Positions 1 through 7,692 of a DNA stretch of 10,310 nucleotides are shown piece after piece. Origin of the DNA: a virus; UHGV virus genome UHGV-0393150; one strand, written 5' to 3'. The notes beneath the pieces were generated by a model. It saw only the letters and a list, made by a program, of their open reading frames with translations. It made no database searches and was not told the origin of the DNA. Each line of letters starts with the position of its first letter. Position 1 is the stretch's first letter. A program made the position numbers and the translations under genes.

Positions 1-53
1 CGGTACGGGGCTGCGTTGAGATAAGAGCCAGTCATTACAAATACCAGCATTTA

Positions 54-79
54 GCCTCGCATTCGCGGGGCTTTTTATT
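54..79 (+). terminator. Putative rho-independent terminator: stem GCCTCGC (54-60), loop ATTC, stem GCGGGGC (65-71), then TTTTTATT
   Basis: Read directly: 7-bp GC-rich stem including one G-U pair, 4-nt loop, followed by a run of five T. A possible upstream gene could end at TGA 17-19. Confidence 0.6.
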
Positions 80-88
80 GCCATTACA

Positions 89-114
89 AAAGCCACTTCC
101 TACGGAGTGGCTTT
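89..114 (+). promoter_or_regulatory. Second hairpin: 11-bp stem (89-99 with 104-114, one G-U pair) and tetraloop CTAC, followed by GATAAT
   Basis: Read directly: AAAGCCACTTC / CTAC / GGAGTGGCTTT. It sits 10 nt after the first hairpin, so the two form a tandem pair in the leader of the HNH gene. Its function (second terminator, RNA-stability element or protein-binding site) is not determined. Confidence 0.45.
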
Positions 115-136
115 GATAATGGCTTATACCCTACAC

Positions 137-158
137 GGGATAACTTAACTGATATCCC
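137..158 (+). promoter_or_regulatory. Inverted repeat GGGATA-N10-TATCCC in the 5' leader of the HNH gene
   Basis: Read directly: perfect 6-bp arms separated by 10 bp, about 26 nt upstream of the ATG at 184. It is followed by the direct repeat AACGGA-TA-AACGGA (164-177), which overlaps the GGAG ribosome-binding site. Candidate operator or RNA structure; function unknown. Confidence 0.3.
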
Positions 159-183
159 TTTTAACGGATAAACGGAGCCAACA

Positions 184-681
184 ATGGCAAAGCTCACAGA
201 CAAACAAGAGCTGTTTGCCCATCCGGATGATGTGTATGTCGGAGAGTGTGTGATTTATACCGGCTACATAAATAAGCGAGGGTATGGGCAGAAGCACATT
301 TCACGAAAGCCGCACTACGCACATCGAATCGCATACTGCGAAGCTAACGGAATTTCGCTAGATAGCATCAAGGACCTGGTTGTTAGGCATAAATGCGATA
401 ATCCATCATGCGTGAATCCTGACCATCTGATTATAGGTACTGTCGCTGACAATAATCGTGACAGGTCAAGGCGAGGCAGAAACTCATACCCTGACCGTTC
501 AGGTGAAAAGAACGGAATGGCGAAATTAAAAGAGTGCGATGTCATCTGCATTCGCCTCGAGTATGTGCGCGGGAGTGTAGGTAATGGGCTTAGGTCTTTA
601 GCAAAGAGATATGGCGTATCCACTACCATGATTGCTGACATCGTTAATCATAGAAATTGGAGCAATGTTTCGGAGGTGTGA
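184..681 (+). CDS. HNH endonuclease (HNH_3-like catalytic region plus C-terminal helix-turn-helix-like tail), phage homing/packaging-associated type
   Basis: ORF of 165 aa with GGAG 6 nt upstream of the ATG. Contains the motif HKCDNPSCVNPDHL (His, Cys-x2-Cys, Asn, His), typical of HNH nucleases. The C-terminal segment LAKRYGVSTTMIADIVNHRNW resembles the DNA-binding tail of phage HNH homing endonucleases. It sits immediately upstream of the terminase genes. Confidence 0.85.
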   Translation: MAKLTDKQELFAHPDDVYVGECVIYTGYINKRGYGQKHISRKPHYAHRIAYCEANGISLDSIKDLVVRHKCDNPSCVNPDHLIIGTVADNNRDRSRRGRNSYPDRSGEKNGMAKLKECDVICIRLEYVRGSVGNGLRSLAKRYGVSTTMIADIVNHRNWSNVSEV

Positions 682-682
682 T

Positions 683-1237
683 TTGAAACAGCTCACACCT
701 AAGCAGGAACTGTTCTGCAGGGAATATTTAAAAGATTTAAACGCCACTCAGGCAGCTATCAGGGCGGGTTACAGCGAGAAAACTGCTCGCGCCACTGGTA
801 GCGAGAACCTGTCAAAACCTGACATAGCAGATCGCATTGCTGAGCTAAAGGCTGAACGCAATGAAGAGGTAGGTATAGATGCTGCCTATGTATTGCGACG
901 GCTGACTGAAATCGATCAGATGGACGTGCTGGATATCCTGCTTGCCAATGGCGAACTGAAGCCGATTAAAGACTGGCCTAAGGTGTGGCGTACAACGCTA
1001 TCAGGAATGGATGTCGTCGAGATGGCATCAGCAGATAGTGCTGCTCTCCTGAAGAAAATCAAATGGCCTGATAAGGTTAAAAACCTTGAGTTGCTCGGGC
1101 GTCATGTTTCTGTTCAGGCGTTTAAAGACAATGTCAAAAATGAAGTGACTGGTGCTGACGGAGGACCAGTCAGAACAGAAATTACCAACTTAACGCCGGA
1201 GCAGGCTGCAGAAGCGTATAAAAAAATGATGGGCTAA
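683..1237 (+). CDS. terS: Terminase small subunit (Terminase_2-like), probably starting at TTG 683
   Basis: The N-terminus [34 protein letters not shown] matches the conserved N-terminal DNA-binding region of phage TerS proteins as I recall them. The open frame extends back to 632 (and an in-frame ATG at 665), but GGAGG at 672-676 sits 6 nt before TTG 683, one nucleotide after the HNH stop (679-681), so I favour 683. Confidence 0.85.
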   Translation: MKQLTPKQELFCREYLKDLNATQAAIRAGYSEKTARATGSENLSKPDIADRIAELKAERNEEVGIDAAYVLRRLTEIDQMDVLDILLANGELKPIKDWPKVWRTTLSGMDVVEMASADSAALLKKIKWPDKVKNLELLGRHVSVQAFKDNVKNEVTGADGGPVRTEITNLTPEQAAEAYKKMMG

Positions 1238-1239
1238 GT

Positions 1240-2862
1240 ATGCCGTTACCATTTCCCTTCGATTTTAAACATCCTGATTACCAGATGGTTTTTGAATGGC
1301 GGATGGAACGCCTACAGCGCATTCGCCAGAATCCTGAAATATTGCCCGTATTGAAGCAGTTTTACCGAACCAATCCGGCTCAGTTCATCATCGACTGGGG
1401 CATGACAACGGACCCGCGTAATATTGATTATGGCCTGCCGGTGACCATTCCGTTTTTACTCTTCCCTAAGCAGGAGGAGTGGATCCACTGGATTATGGAA
1501 CGCTGGGGCAATCGGGAGAATGGTATTACCGAAAAATCCCGTGAAATGGGGCTCAGTTGGACCGCGATCGGACTGGCCTGCTCGCTTTGTCTCTTCAACA
1601 AAGAAATGGTTATCGGTTTCGGCTCCCGTAAAGAGGAATACGTCGACAGCACCGGTGACCCGAAAGCATTGTTCTGGAAGGCGCGCAAGTTCGTGGAAAC
1701 ACTGCCTGTAGAGTTTCGCGGTTCGTGGAGCGAGAAGAAGCACGCGCCATATATGCGTGTTGAGTTTCCTGAAACTGGTGCCGTTATCAAAGGCGAGGCT
1801 GGCGATAATATTGGTCGTGGTGACCGTACCACGCTTTATCTGGTTGATGAGGCTGCATTCCTTCAGCGTCCTCTGCTGATTGATGCGGCGTTGTCACAAA
1901 CGACGCGTTGCCGTATCGACCTGAGTTCAGTTAACGGCATGGCTAACCCGTTCGCTCAGAAGCGTCATGGCGGGAAGATACCGGTATTCACATTCCACTG
2001 GCGGGATGATCCTCGCAAGGATGAAGAGTGGTATCGCAGGGAATGCGAGAAAATCGATAATCCGGTGGTGGTGGCACAGGAACTTGATCTGAACTACAGC
2101 GCATCAGCGGAAGGCGTTCTGATTCCATCCGAATGGGTACAGGCTGCCGTTGATGCACATATCAAACTGGGGATCCAGCCAACAGGCAAACGACTTGGCG
2201 CGATGGATGTCGCCGACGAAGGCAGGGACAAAAATGCCTTTTCCACCCGTCATGGCTTCCTCCTGGAAAATGTGCGGGAATGGTCTGGTGTGGGCAGCGA
2301 CATTTATCAGTCCGTCGAGAAGGTCTTCGGTTTTTGCGAACAGGACAACCTCGAAGAGTTTCGCTTTGACGAGGACGGGCTGGGCGCTGGCGTTCGCGGC
2401 GATGCACGCGCTATCAACGAACTGCGTAACGCTGCGCGCCGACCGTCAATACTCGCCACACCGTTTCGAGGTAGTGGCGCGGTATTTGATCCGGATGATG
2501 AAGCTGTTCGCGGGGACAACGGGCAAGCCGCACGTCTGAACAAGGACTTCTTCGCTAACGCCAAAGCCCAGAGCTGGTGGCGGTTACGTAAACTTTTTCA
2601 GAATACCTGGCGCGCCGTGGTTGAAGGTATGGCTTACAACCCGGACGAAATCATATCAATCAGCAGTAGCATGGCACTCAAAGATAAACTCATCATCGAG
2701 CTTTCGCAGCCGACCTATTCAATTAATGGTGTGGGGAAAATCGTTATTGATAAACAGCCTGATGGAACCCGGTCGCCAAACCTTGCCGACTCGGTGATGA
2801 TCAGCTACGCGCCAATGAATTCAGCCCTGAACATCTGGGAGCTGCTAGGGAGACAGGCCTGA
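1240..2862 (+). CDS. terL: Terminase large subunit (ATPase plus nuclease)
   Basis: 540 aa, directly after TerS (2-nt gap). Has a deviant Walker A-like motif KSREMGLSW (nt 1534-1560), reminiscent of KSARVGYS in lambda gpA, and a Walker B-like hydrophobic run ending in DE ([11 protein letters not shown]). Size and position are typical for TerL. Confidence 0.9.
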   Translation: MPLPFPFDFKHPDYQMVFEWRMERLQRIRQNPEILPVLKQFYRTNPAQFIIDWGMTTDPRNIDYGLPVTIPFLLFPKQEEWIHWIMERWGNRENGITEKSREMGLSWTAIGLACSLCLFNKEMVIGFGSRKEEYVDSTGDPKALFWKARKFVETLPVEFRGSWSEKKHAPYMRVEFPETGAVIKGEAGDNIGRGDRTTLYLVDEAAFLQRPLLIDAALSQTTRCRIDLSSVNGMANPFAQKRHGGKIPVFTFHWRDDPRKDEEWYRRECEKIDNPVVVAQELDLNYSASAEGVLIPSEWVQAAVDAHIKLGIQPTGKRLGAMDVADEGRDKNAFSTRHGFLLENVREWSGVGSDIYQSVEKVFGFCEQDNLEEFRFDEDGLGAGVRGDARAINELRNAARRPSILATPFRGSGAVFDPDDEAVRGDNGQAARLNKDFFANAKAQSWWRLRKLFQNTWRAVVEGMAYNPDEIISISSSMALKDKLIIELSQPTYSINGVGKIVIDKQPDGTRSPNLADSVMISYAPMNSALNIWELLGRQA

Positions 2863-4328
2863 TGGCACGAAACAAACAAGCCACGCGGCGAACGGCACAG
2901 GCCACCGCTGATGGCTATGAGAACTTTGTCGCCCGCGTGGGGATGCAGACGCCTAACCAGCACTCAGCATCGACCTACCGGGCTAACTTCACCAGCCGCA
3001 ACCGCATGCTGGTGGAATGGTCCTATCGTTCGTCCTGGATCATCGGCGAAGCGGTCGACGCTATCCCGGATGATATGACCCGCAAAGGCATTCGCATCAC
3101 TTCGGAAATTGATGCAAAAGATCGCGGCATTCTCGAATCACAACTTGATGAGTTGCAAATCTGGGATGCGCTGAACGACGTGCTGAAATGGTCTCGCCTC
3201 TACGGCGGCGCGGTCGGCTTCATCATGATCGAGGGGCAGGCACCAATGACCCCGCTGCGGCTCGAAACCATTGGAGAAGGCAAGTTTAAGGGCATTCTCC
3301 CGCTCGACCGCTGGATGATTAACCCGGTCCTGACCCGCCGCATTAAAGAGATGGGGCCAGATCTCGGCAAACCTGAGTTTTACGACGTGGTGACCACTGC
3401 AACGGGCATCCCGGCCTGGCGCATCCATCACAGCCGCCTGATTCGCTTCGACGGGGTGACGCTGCCATTCCAGCAGAAGATGACCGAGAACGAATGGGGA
3501 ATGTCGGTTGTAGAGCGTATCTGGGATCGTCTTACCGCGTTCGACAGCGCTACTGTCGGTGCGGCGCAGCTGGTCTACAAGGCGCATCTGCGTACCTACA
3601 GCGTGGAGAAGCTACGTGAGCTTATCGCACTTGGTGGTCCTGCGTATGAAGCGTTGCTGAAGAATATCGACCTGATTCGACAGTTCCAGAGCAATGAAGG
3701 CATGACGCTCATGGACTCGCGGGATAAGTTTGAAACCCATCAGTACAGCTTCAGTGGTCTGGATGACATCCTTTCACAGTTTGCAGAACAGATTAGTGGC
3801 GCTGTTGGTATCCCACTGGTGCGGTTGTTCGGACAGTCCCCGAAAGGATTTTCTACCGGTGATGCAGATCTTGCCAACTATTACGACCGGGTGAGCTCAT
3901 TGCAGGAGCGCCGCTTACGGATGCCGATGCGCCGGATACTGGACATTATGCACCGCTCGGAACTCGGTAAGCCGCTGCCGGACGATTTCACGTTTGAGTT
4001 TAACCCGCTCTGGCAAATGTCTGATGTCGATCGCTCAACGGTGGCGTTAAATACCACCAACGCAATCAGTACAGCGCTGGGTGATGGTCTGATGACACTG
4101 AAAGCCGCTATGACTGATTTGCGCGAAAATTCTGACGTAACCGGCATCGGGGCATCCATTACCGACGAGGACATCGAGAATGCCGAAGATGAAGCGCCGC
4201 CCGGCATCGGCGAACCTGATGACGAACCGCAGGAACCGTCAGGCGGAAATCCGGTATCGAACCAGCCTACGCAGGATAGCGCGGGCGGTCGGGGACATCG
4301 TAAATGGTCACTACGATGGTTCAAATGA
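2862..4328 (+). CDS. Portal protein
   Basis: 488 aa. Its start overlaps the TerL stop (TGATG). Lies between TerL and the MuF-like gene, the canonical portal position, and has an acidic C-terminal tail. The family was not verified by search. Confidence 0.75.
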   Translation: MARNKQATRRTAQATADGYENFVARVGMQTPNQHSASTYRANFTSRNRMLVEWSYRSSWIIGEAVDAIPDDMTRKGIRITSEIDAKDRGILESQLDELQIWDALNDVLKWSRLYGGAVGFIMIEGQAPMTPLRLETIGEGKFKGILPLDRWMINPVLTRRIKEMGPDLGKPEFYDVVTTATGIPAWRIHHSRLIRFDGVTLPFQQKMTENEWGMSVVERIWDRLTAFDSATVGAAQLVYKAHLRTYSVEKLRELIALGGPAYEALLKNIDLIRQFQSNEGMTLMDSRDKFETHQYSFSGLDDILSQFAEQISGAVGIPLVRLFGQSPKGFSTGDADLANYYDRVSSLQERRLRMPMRRILDIMHRSELGKPLPDDFTFEFNPLWQMSDVDRSTVALNTTNAISTALGDGLMTLKAAMTDLRENSDVTGIGASITDEDIENAEDEAPPGIGEPDDEPQEPSGGNPVSNQPTQDSAGGRGHRKWSLRWFK

Positions 4329-4953
4329 CAGTATCACGGAAATTATTGAGGCGCTGGAACGCTACAGTGAAATCATCACCCCCTGGGCGACAAAGGTCGC
4401 GGAAAACTTTACCGCCGACATTGTGCGCAAGAATGATGAGCAGTGGCGTAAACACAGCAAAACCATCAGCCGTGAGCTCCGCAATCTGGTAAACAGTGCC
4501 CCGCCAGGGCAGGTGATGAAATCCATCGTTGCCGAACAGGTTAAGTACATCAAATCGCTCCCCCTCGAGGCGGCTGACAGGGTGTACGACATCCAGAATC
4601 GGGCGATTGAAGCTGTTGTGACCGGTGGGAGAGCGGAACATTTTGCTAAAGAAATAGCAGCATCGGGTGATATAGCAAAGTCCAGAGCTGACCTGATTGC
4701 CCGTACTGAACTTGGACGTGCAACCGGCGCGCTGGATCAGGCGCGTGCGCTGTCAATTGGTTCGAATGGTTATATCTGGCGTACAGCCGAAGATGGTGAC
4801 GTCAGGCATTCTCATCGGGAAATGGAAGGTAAATTTGTCGAATGGGGCAAACCTCCAACGCTTGACGGCATGACAGGTCACGCTGGCGAGCTCCCGAATT
4901 GTCGCTGTTATAAAGAAATCGTTTTTCCCACCTCCCAATCTTATCCCGCCTGA
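4180..4953 (+). CDS. Minor head / head morphogenesis protein, phage Mu F-like (SPP1 gp7-like)
   Basis: The C-terminal half (TELGRATGALDQARALSIGSNGYIWRTAEDGDVRHSHREMEGKFVEWG...CRCY) resembles the Mu F domain as I recall it. Follows the portal gene as in SPP1-like and Mu-like head modules. Start is uncertain: ATG 4180 (GAGG 9 nt upstream) is the first start in the open frame and overlaps the portal ORF by 149 nt. Confidence 0.8.
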   Translation: MPKMKRRPASANLMTNRRNRQAEIRYRTSLRRIARAVGDIVNGHYDGSNDSITEIIEALERYSEIITPWATKVAENFTADIVRKNDEQWRKHSKTISRELRNLVNSAPPGQVMKSIVAEQVKYIKSLPLEAADRVYDIQNRAIEAVVTGGRAEHFAKEIAASGDIAKSRADLIARTELGRATGALDQARALSIGSNGYIWRTAEDGDVRHSHREMEGKFVEWGKPPTLDGMTGHAGELPNCRCYKEIVFPTSQSYPA

Positions 4954-4967
4954 ATCGCAGGTAACAC

Positions 4968-6188
4968 ATGAAATATTTTTTCAATACCCGGCTGGGGGAA
5001 ACCCGCTATCAGCTGGCTGACGGCTCGTTGCTGTGCAGAGACGTGCCGATAGGACGAACAGGTAAGCAGCTCTATGGTGCTGATGACCTGCCAAAACTGA
5101 AACCCGATAAGTTCGGTGAAATAGTCGTCACGCGTTCTCCTGAGCAGGTATTCCATCCGACCACGCTTGCCTCATTCGAAGGGATGAGCATCACGATTCT
5201 GCATCCTGAAGATGAAAACGGGAATGTGCGGCTGGTAAATCCCGAGAACTGGAAAGAGCTTGCTGTCGGGCACCTCCAGAATGTCCGGCGCGGGACGGGT
5301 GAGCAGTCTGATTTGATGCTGGCTGACCTTATCGTCAAAGACGAAAGCGCCATTCAGCTTATCGAAGATGGCCTGCGCGAAGTGTCGTGCGGCTATGACG
5401 CGGAGTATGAGCAGACCGAGCCAGGTAAAGCCGAGCAGGTCGATATTACCGGAAACCATGTGGCTCTTGTCCCCAAAGGCAGAGCCGGAAATCGTTGTGC
5501 AATTGGAGACAGAGACACAATGGCAAATCAAAAGAAAAACTGGTGGAACCGCATGCGTGCAGCCATCAAGACAGGAGATGCCGACACCATGAACGAACTG
5601 GTGGAGTCGGCTCCCGCATCGGTTACAGGAGATGAGGGGGATTTGCCGCAGGGCGTTAATCTCAACATCAACCTGTCCCCGCAGCAACCACTACCGGACA
5701 AAGCACCAGAGATGGGCGGAGGTCCAACCGGCGACAGTGATGATGACCTCAAAACATTACTGAAATCCCTGCTGGCTAAGCTGGAAGGAAATGCGACGGG
5801 CGATAACGATAATAAGCCTGACGATAATCCAACCGGTGACGGCGAGGACGATGAAGAGGAAACCACGATTACTGGTGACTCAGCCTGGCGTGCCGAAGTT
5901 ATCGTTCCGGGTATCGATCTGAGCCGTAAGATGAAACCGACCGCGTTCAAACGCGAGGTTCTGGCTTCTGCTGACAAAACGCTGGTTCGCCAGATAGTCG
6001 GTGATGCGGATATCCGCAAATTGCCGAAACAATCGGTCGACATGGCGTTTAATGCCGTGTCTGAGATTGCCAAAGGGCGAAACACCCGCGCCACCACCGG
6101 CGATGCACAGCGCCTAAACATGGGCATGACCAGTATCGCTTCCCTGAACAAACAAAACGCTGAATTCTGGGCAAACCGTAAAGGGTAA
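4968..6188 (+). CDS. Putative prohead scaffolding/protease-like protein with acidic repeat linker
   Basis: 406 aa between the MuF-like and capsid genes. Has an N-terminal globular region, a central acidic low-complexity linker with five TGD repeats, and a C-terminal region of helical character. The call rests on position and architecture; the family is unverified. Confidence 0.55.
   Translation: MKYFFNTRLGETRYQLADGSLLCRDVPIGRTGKQLYGADDLPKLKPDKFGEIVVTRSPEQVFHPTTLASFEGMSITILHPEDENGNVRLVNPENWKELAVGHLQNVRRGTGEQSDLMLADLIVKDESAIQLIEDGLREVSCGYDAEYEQTEPGKAEQVDITGNHVALVPKGRAGNRCAIGDRDTMANQKKNWWNRMRAAIKTGDADTMNELVESAPASVTGDEGDLPQGVNLNINLSPQQPLPDKAPEMGGGPTGDSDDDLKTLLKSLLAKLEGNATGDNDNKPDDNPTGDGEDDEEETTITGDSAWRAEVIVPGIDLSRKMKPTAFKREVLASADKTLVRQIVGDADIRKLPKQSVDMAFNAVSEIAKGRNTRATTGDAQRLNMGMTSIASLNKQNAEFWANRKG
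5625..5879 (+). repeat. In-frame acidic repeat region encoding five TGD-acidic units
   Basis: Read directly in the protein: TGDEGD, TGDSDDD, TGDNDN, TGDGEDD, TGDSAW. At DNA level the segments 5723-5747 and 5828-5852 are imperfect direct repeats (TCCAACCGG then GAC..GA..GA). Confidence 0.6.
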
Positions 6189-6191
6189 AAA

Positions 6192-6698
6192 ATGAATAAT
6201 GTATTTCTGTACCGGATGCCTGTTGGCATTGCCGGGGCTGTCTCTCGCCCGCAGGACTTAACCGTCGAACCGGTGGTCCTTAAATCCGATAACGCCTTCG
6301 CTGCCTATGGCCTGGCTGGTAAATACGATGATGACGGTTTTTTCGTGCCGCTGGCAGATGGTGATACCGCAGACAAGGTGAAGGGGATCTACGTGCGCCC
6401 TTATCCGACCACTTCGCAGCCGGACATGGTTCGCCAGGTGGGGACTGGCAAGAACTTCCCGGGCGACGCCATGAAGCGTGGCTACGTGACCGTTAATCTC
6501 GGTTCTGATTTTGATGCCAGCACCATCAAAAAAGGCGACCCGGTATACGTTGTCGTCTCCACTGATGAATCCATCAAAGTGCCGCTGGGTGGATTCATGT
6601 CCACGTCAGTCAGTGGCAAAAACGTGGTGCTGACCAACGCTGAATTCACAGGTGCCGGTGATGCTGACGGCAATGCAGAAATTTCCTGGAAGATTTAA
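6192..6698 (+). CDS. Small head structural protein (possible decoration or scaffold-associated protein)
   Basis: 168 aa, AAGGG upstream of the ATG, tightly packed between the scaffold-like gene and the capsid gene. Function assigned by position only. Confidence 0.5.
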   Translation: MNNVFLYRMPVGIAGAVSRPQDLTVEPVVLKSDNAFAAYGLAGKYDDDGFFVPLADGDTADKVKGIYVRPYPTTSQPDMVRQVGTGKNFPGDAMKRGYVTVNLGSDFDASTIKKGDPVYVVVSTDESIKVPLGGFMSTSVSGKNVVLTNAEFTGAGDADGNAEISWKI

Positions 6699-6709
6699 GG
6701 AACAGACGA

Positions 6710-7651
6710 ATGATTACTTTTGATCAGGCAACCGTTGACAGCTCTGGTGCCTTTCTCATCGGGGAGCTGGAGCGACTCGACCAGACGCTGAACCTGCCAC
6801 TGGTGGGGTACACCTGGACCCGCGATATTCAGTTGCGTGAAGATGTCTCTATCGCAGATGACATTTCCAGCTGGACGAATACCAGCTTCGCCGCTGCGGG
6901 TACTGGTGCAAATCCGAATGGCAAAAACTGGGTAGGCAAAGACTCAACCGCTATTGCTGGCGTGAACGTGGATATCGGCAAATCCGGTAACCCGCTGAAC
7001 CTGTGGGGGATGGAACTTGGCTGGACGGTCATAGAATTGCAGGCTGCTCAGCAGGTCGGCCGCCCGATTGATACGCAGAAGTATGACGGTATGCAACTGA
7101 AATGGCAGATGGATAACGATGAACAGGTATATGTTGGCGATTCCGCATTAAACCTGAAAGGCCTTGTTACCCTGGACGGCGTGCCTGTCAACAACGCTGC
7201 TAAAACGTGGGCAACCTCAACACCAGACGAAATCCGCGCAAGCATTAACCAGGTGCTGTCTGATGCGTGGGCCGCTTCCGGTTACTCTGTGGTTCCGAGT
7301 GATTTGCTGATCCCACCTGAGCAGTTTGCTCTGTTGTCCAGCATCATCGTTTCATCTGCGGGTAACCAGTCCCTGTTGACGTACCTTCAGACCAACACCA
7401 TCAGCTATCACCAGAACGGTGTTCCGCTGAATATCCGCGCGGTTAAATGGCTGAAAGGCCGTGGTGTGGGGAATAAGGATCGCATGGTTGCGTACACCAA
7501 CGATAAAAAATACGTCCGCTACCCGCTGGTTCCGCTTCAGAGCGTGCCGGTGCAGTATCGCGGTCTGTATCAGATCGTCACTTACTACGGCAAGCTGGGT
7601 GCAGTCGAGCCAGTGTACAAAGAAACCATTTCGTACGTTGATGGCATTTAA
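6710..7651 (+). CDS. Major capsid protein (putative)
   Basis: 313 aa, strong ribosome-binding site (AGGAA), in the canonical capsid position after the scaffold-like gene, and followed by a GC-rich hairpin. Family not verified. Confidence 0.65.
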   Translation: MITFDQATVDSSGAFLIGELERLDQTLNLPLVGYTWTRDIQLREDVSIADDISSWTNTSFAAAGTGANPNGKNWVGKDSTAIAGVNVDIGKSGNPLNLWGMELGWTVIELQAAQQVGRPIDTQKYDGMQLKWQMDNDEQVYVGDSALNLKGLVTLDGVPVNNAAKTWATSTPDEIRASINQVLSDAWAASGYSVVPSDLLIPPEQFALLSSIIVSSAGNQSLLTYLQTNTISYHQNGVPLNIRAVKWLKGRGVGNKDRMVAYTNDKKYVRYPLVPLQSVPVQYRGLYQIVTYYGKLGAVEPVYKETISYVDGI

Positions 7652-7658
7652 CAGCCAT

Positions 7659-7679
7659 ATGGCCCCCTGGCGGGGCCAT
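7659..7679 (+). promoter_or_regulatory. GC-rich stem-loop (8-bp stem ATGGCCCC/GGGGCCAT, loop CTGGC) 8 nt after the capsid stop
   Basis: Read directly. There is no T-tract after it (TAAGGATG follows), so it is more likely an mRNA-stabilising or partial attenuator hairpin than a strong terminator. Confidence 0.5.
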
Positions 7680-7692
7680 TAAGGATGACCCG

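Noticed and set aside
113-183. Possible sigma-70 promoter for the HNH gene (TTGATA at 113-118, GATAAT at 115-120)
   Set aside because: I could not pair a -35 and a -10 element at a 16-18 bp spacing. The elements overlap each other and the hairpin. The module may instead be transcribed by read-through from an upstream late promoter.
315-641. Minus-strand ORF (108 aa) antisense to the HNH gene
   Set aside because: Lies wholly inside a + strand gene with clear HNH motifs, has no ribosome-binding site context and a low-complexity translation. Treated as a shadow ORF.
184-683. HNH gene as the ORF of a group I intron interrupting terS
   Set aside because: The HNH stop and the TerS start are one nucleotide apart and TerS retains a full family-typical N-terminus, so no exon is missing and there is no room for intron core structure. 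A free-standing, fused or duplicated insertion fits better.
1428-2564. Alternative-frame and antisense ORFs inside the TerL gene (for example 2150-2539 +, 2307-2564 -)
   Set aside because: The TerL frame carries recognisable ATPase motifs across this span. The alternative frames are Arg/Pro/Ser-rich, as expected from open off-frames in GC-rich coding DNA.
4141-4210. Exact 10-bp direct repeat CCGGCATCGG at 4141-4150 and 4201-4210
   Set aside because: Both copies encode Gly-Ile-Gly in the portal frame. A single 10-mer match at 60-bp spacing in 10 kb is not clearly beyond chance and no repeat array is present.
4180-4953. MuF-like protein as carrier of a C-terminal polymorphic toxin domain
   Set aside because: The protein ends shortly after the conserved MuF-like core at the CRCY motif, with no C-terminal extension.
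5172-6229. Minus-strand ORFs of 171 and 233 aa antisense to the scaffold-like gene
   Set aside because: Their translations are Ser/Pro-rich and low-complexity, mirroring the acidic repeat region on the + strand. Every other gene in the cluster is co-directional. Likely spurious.
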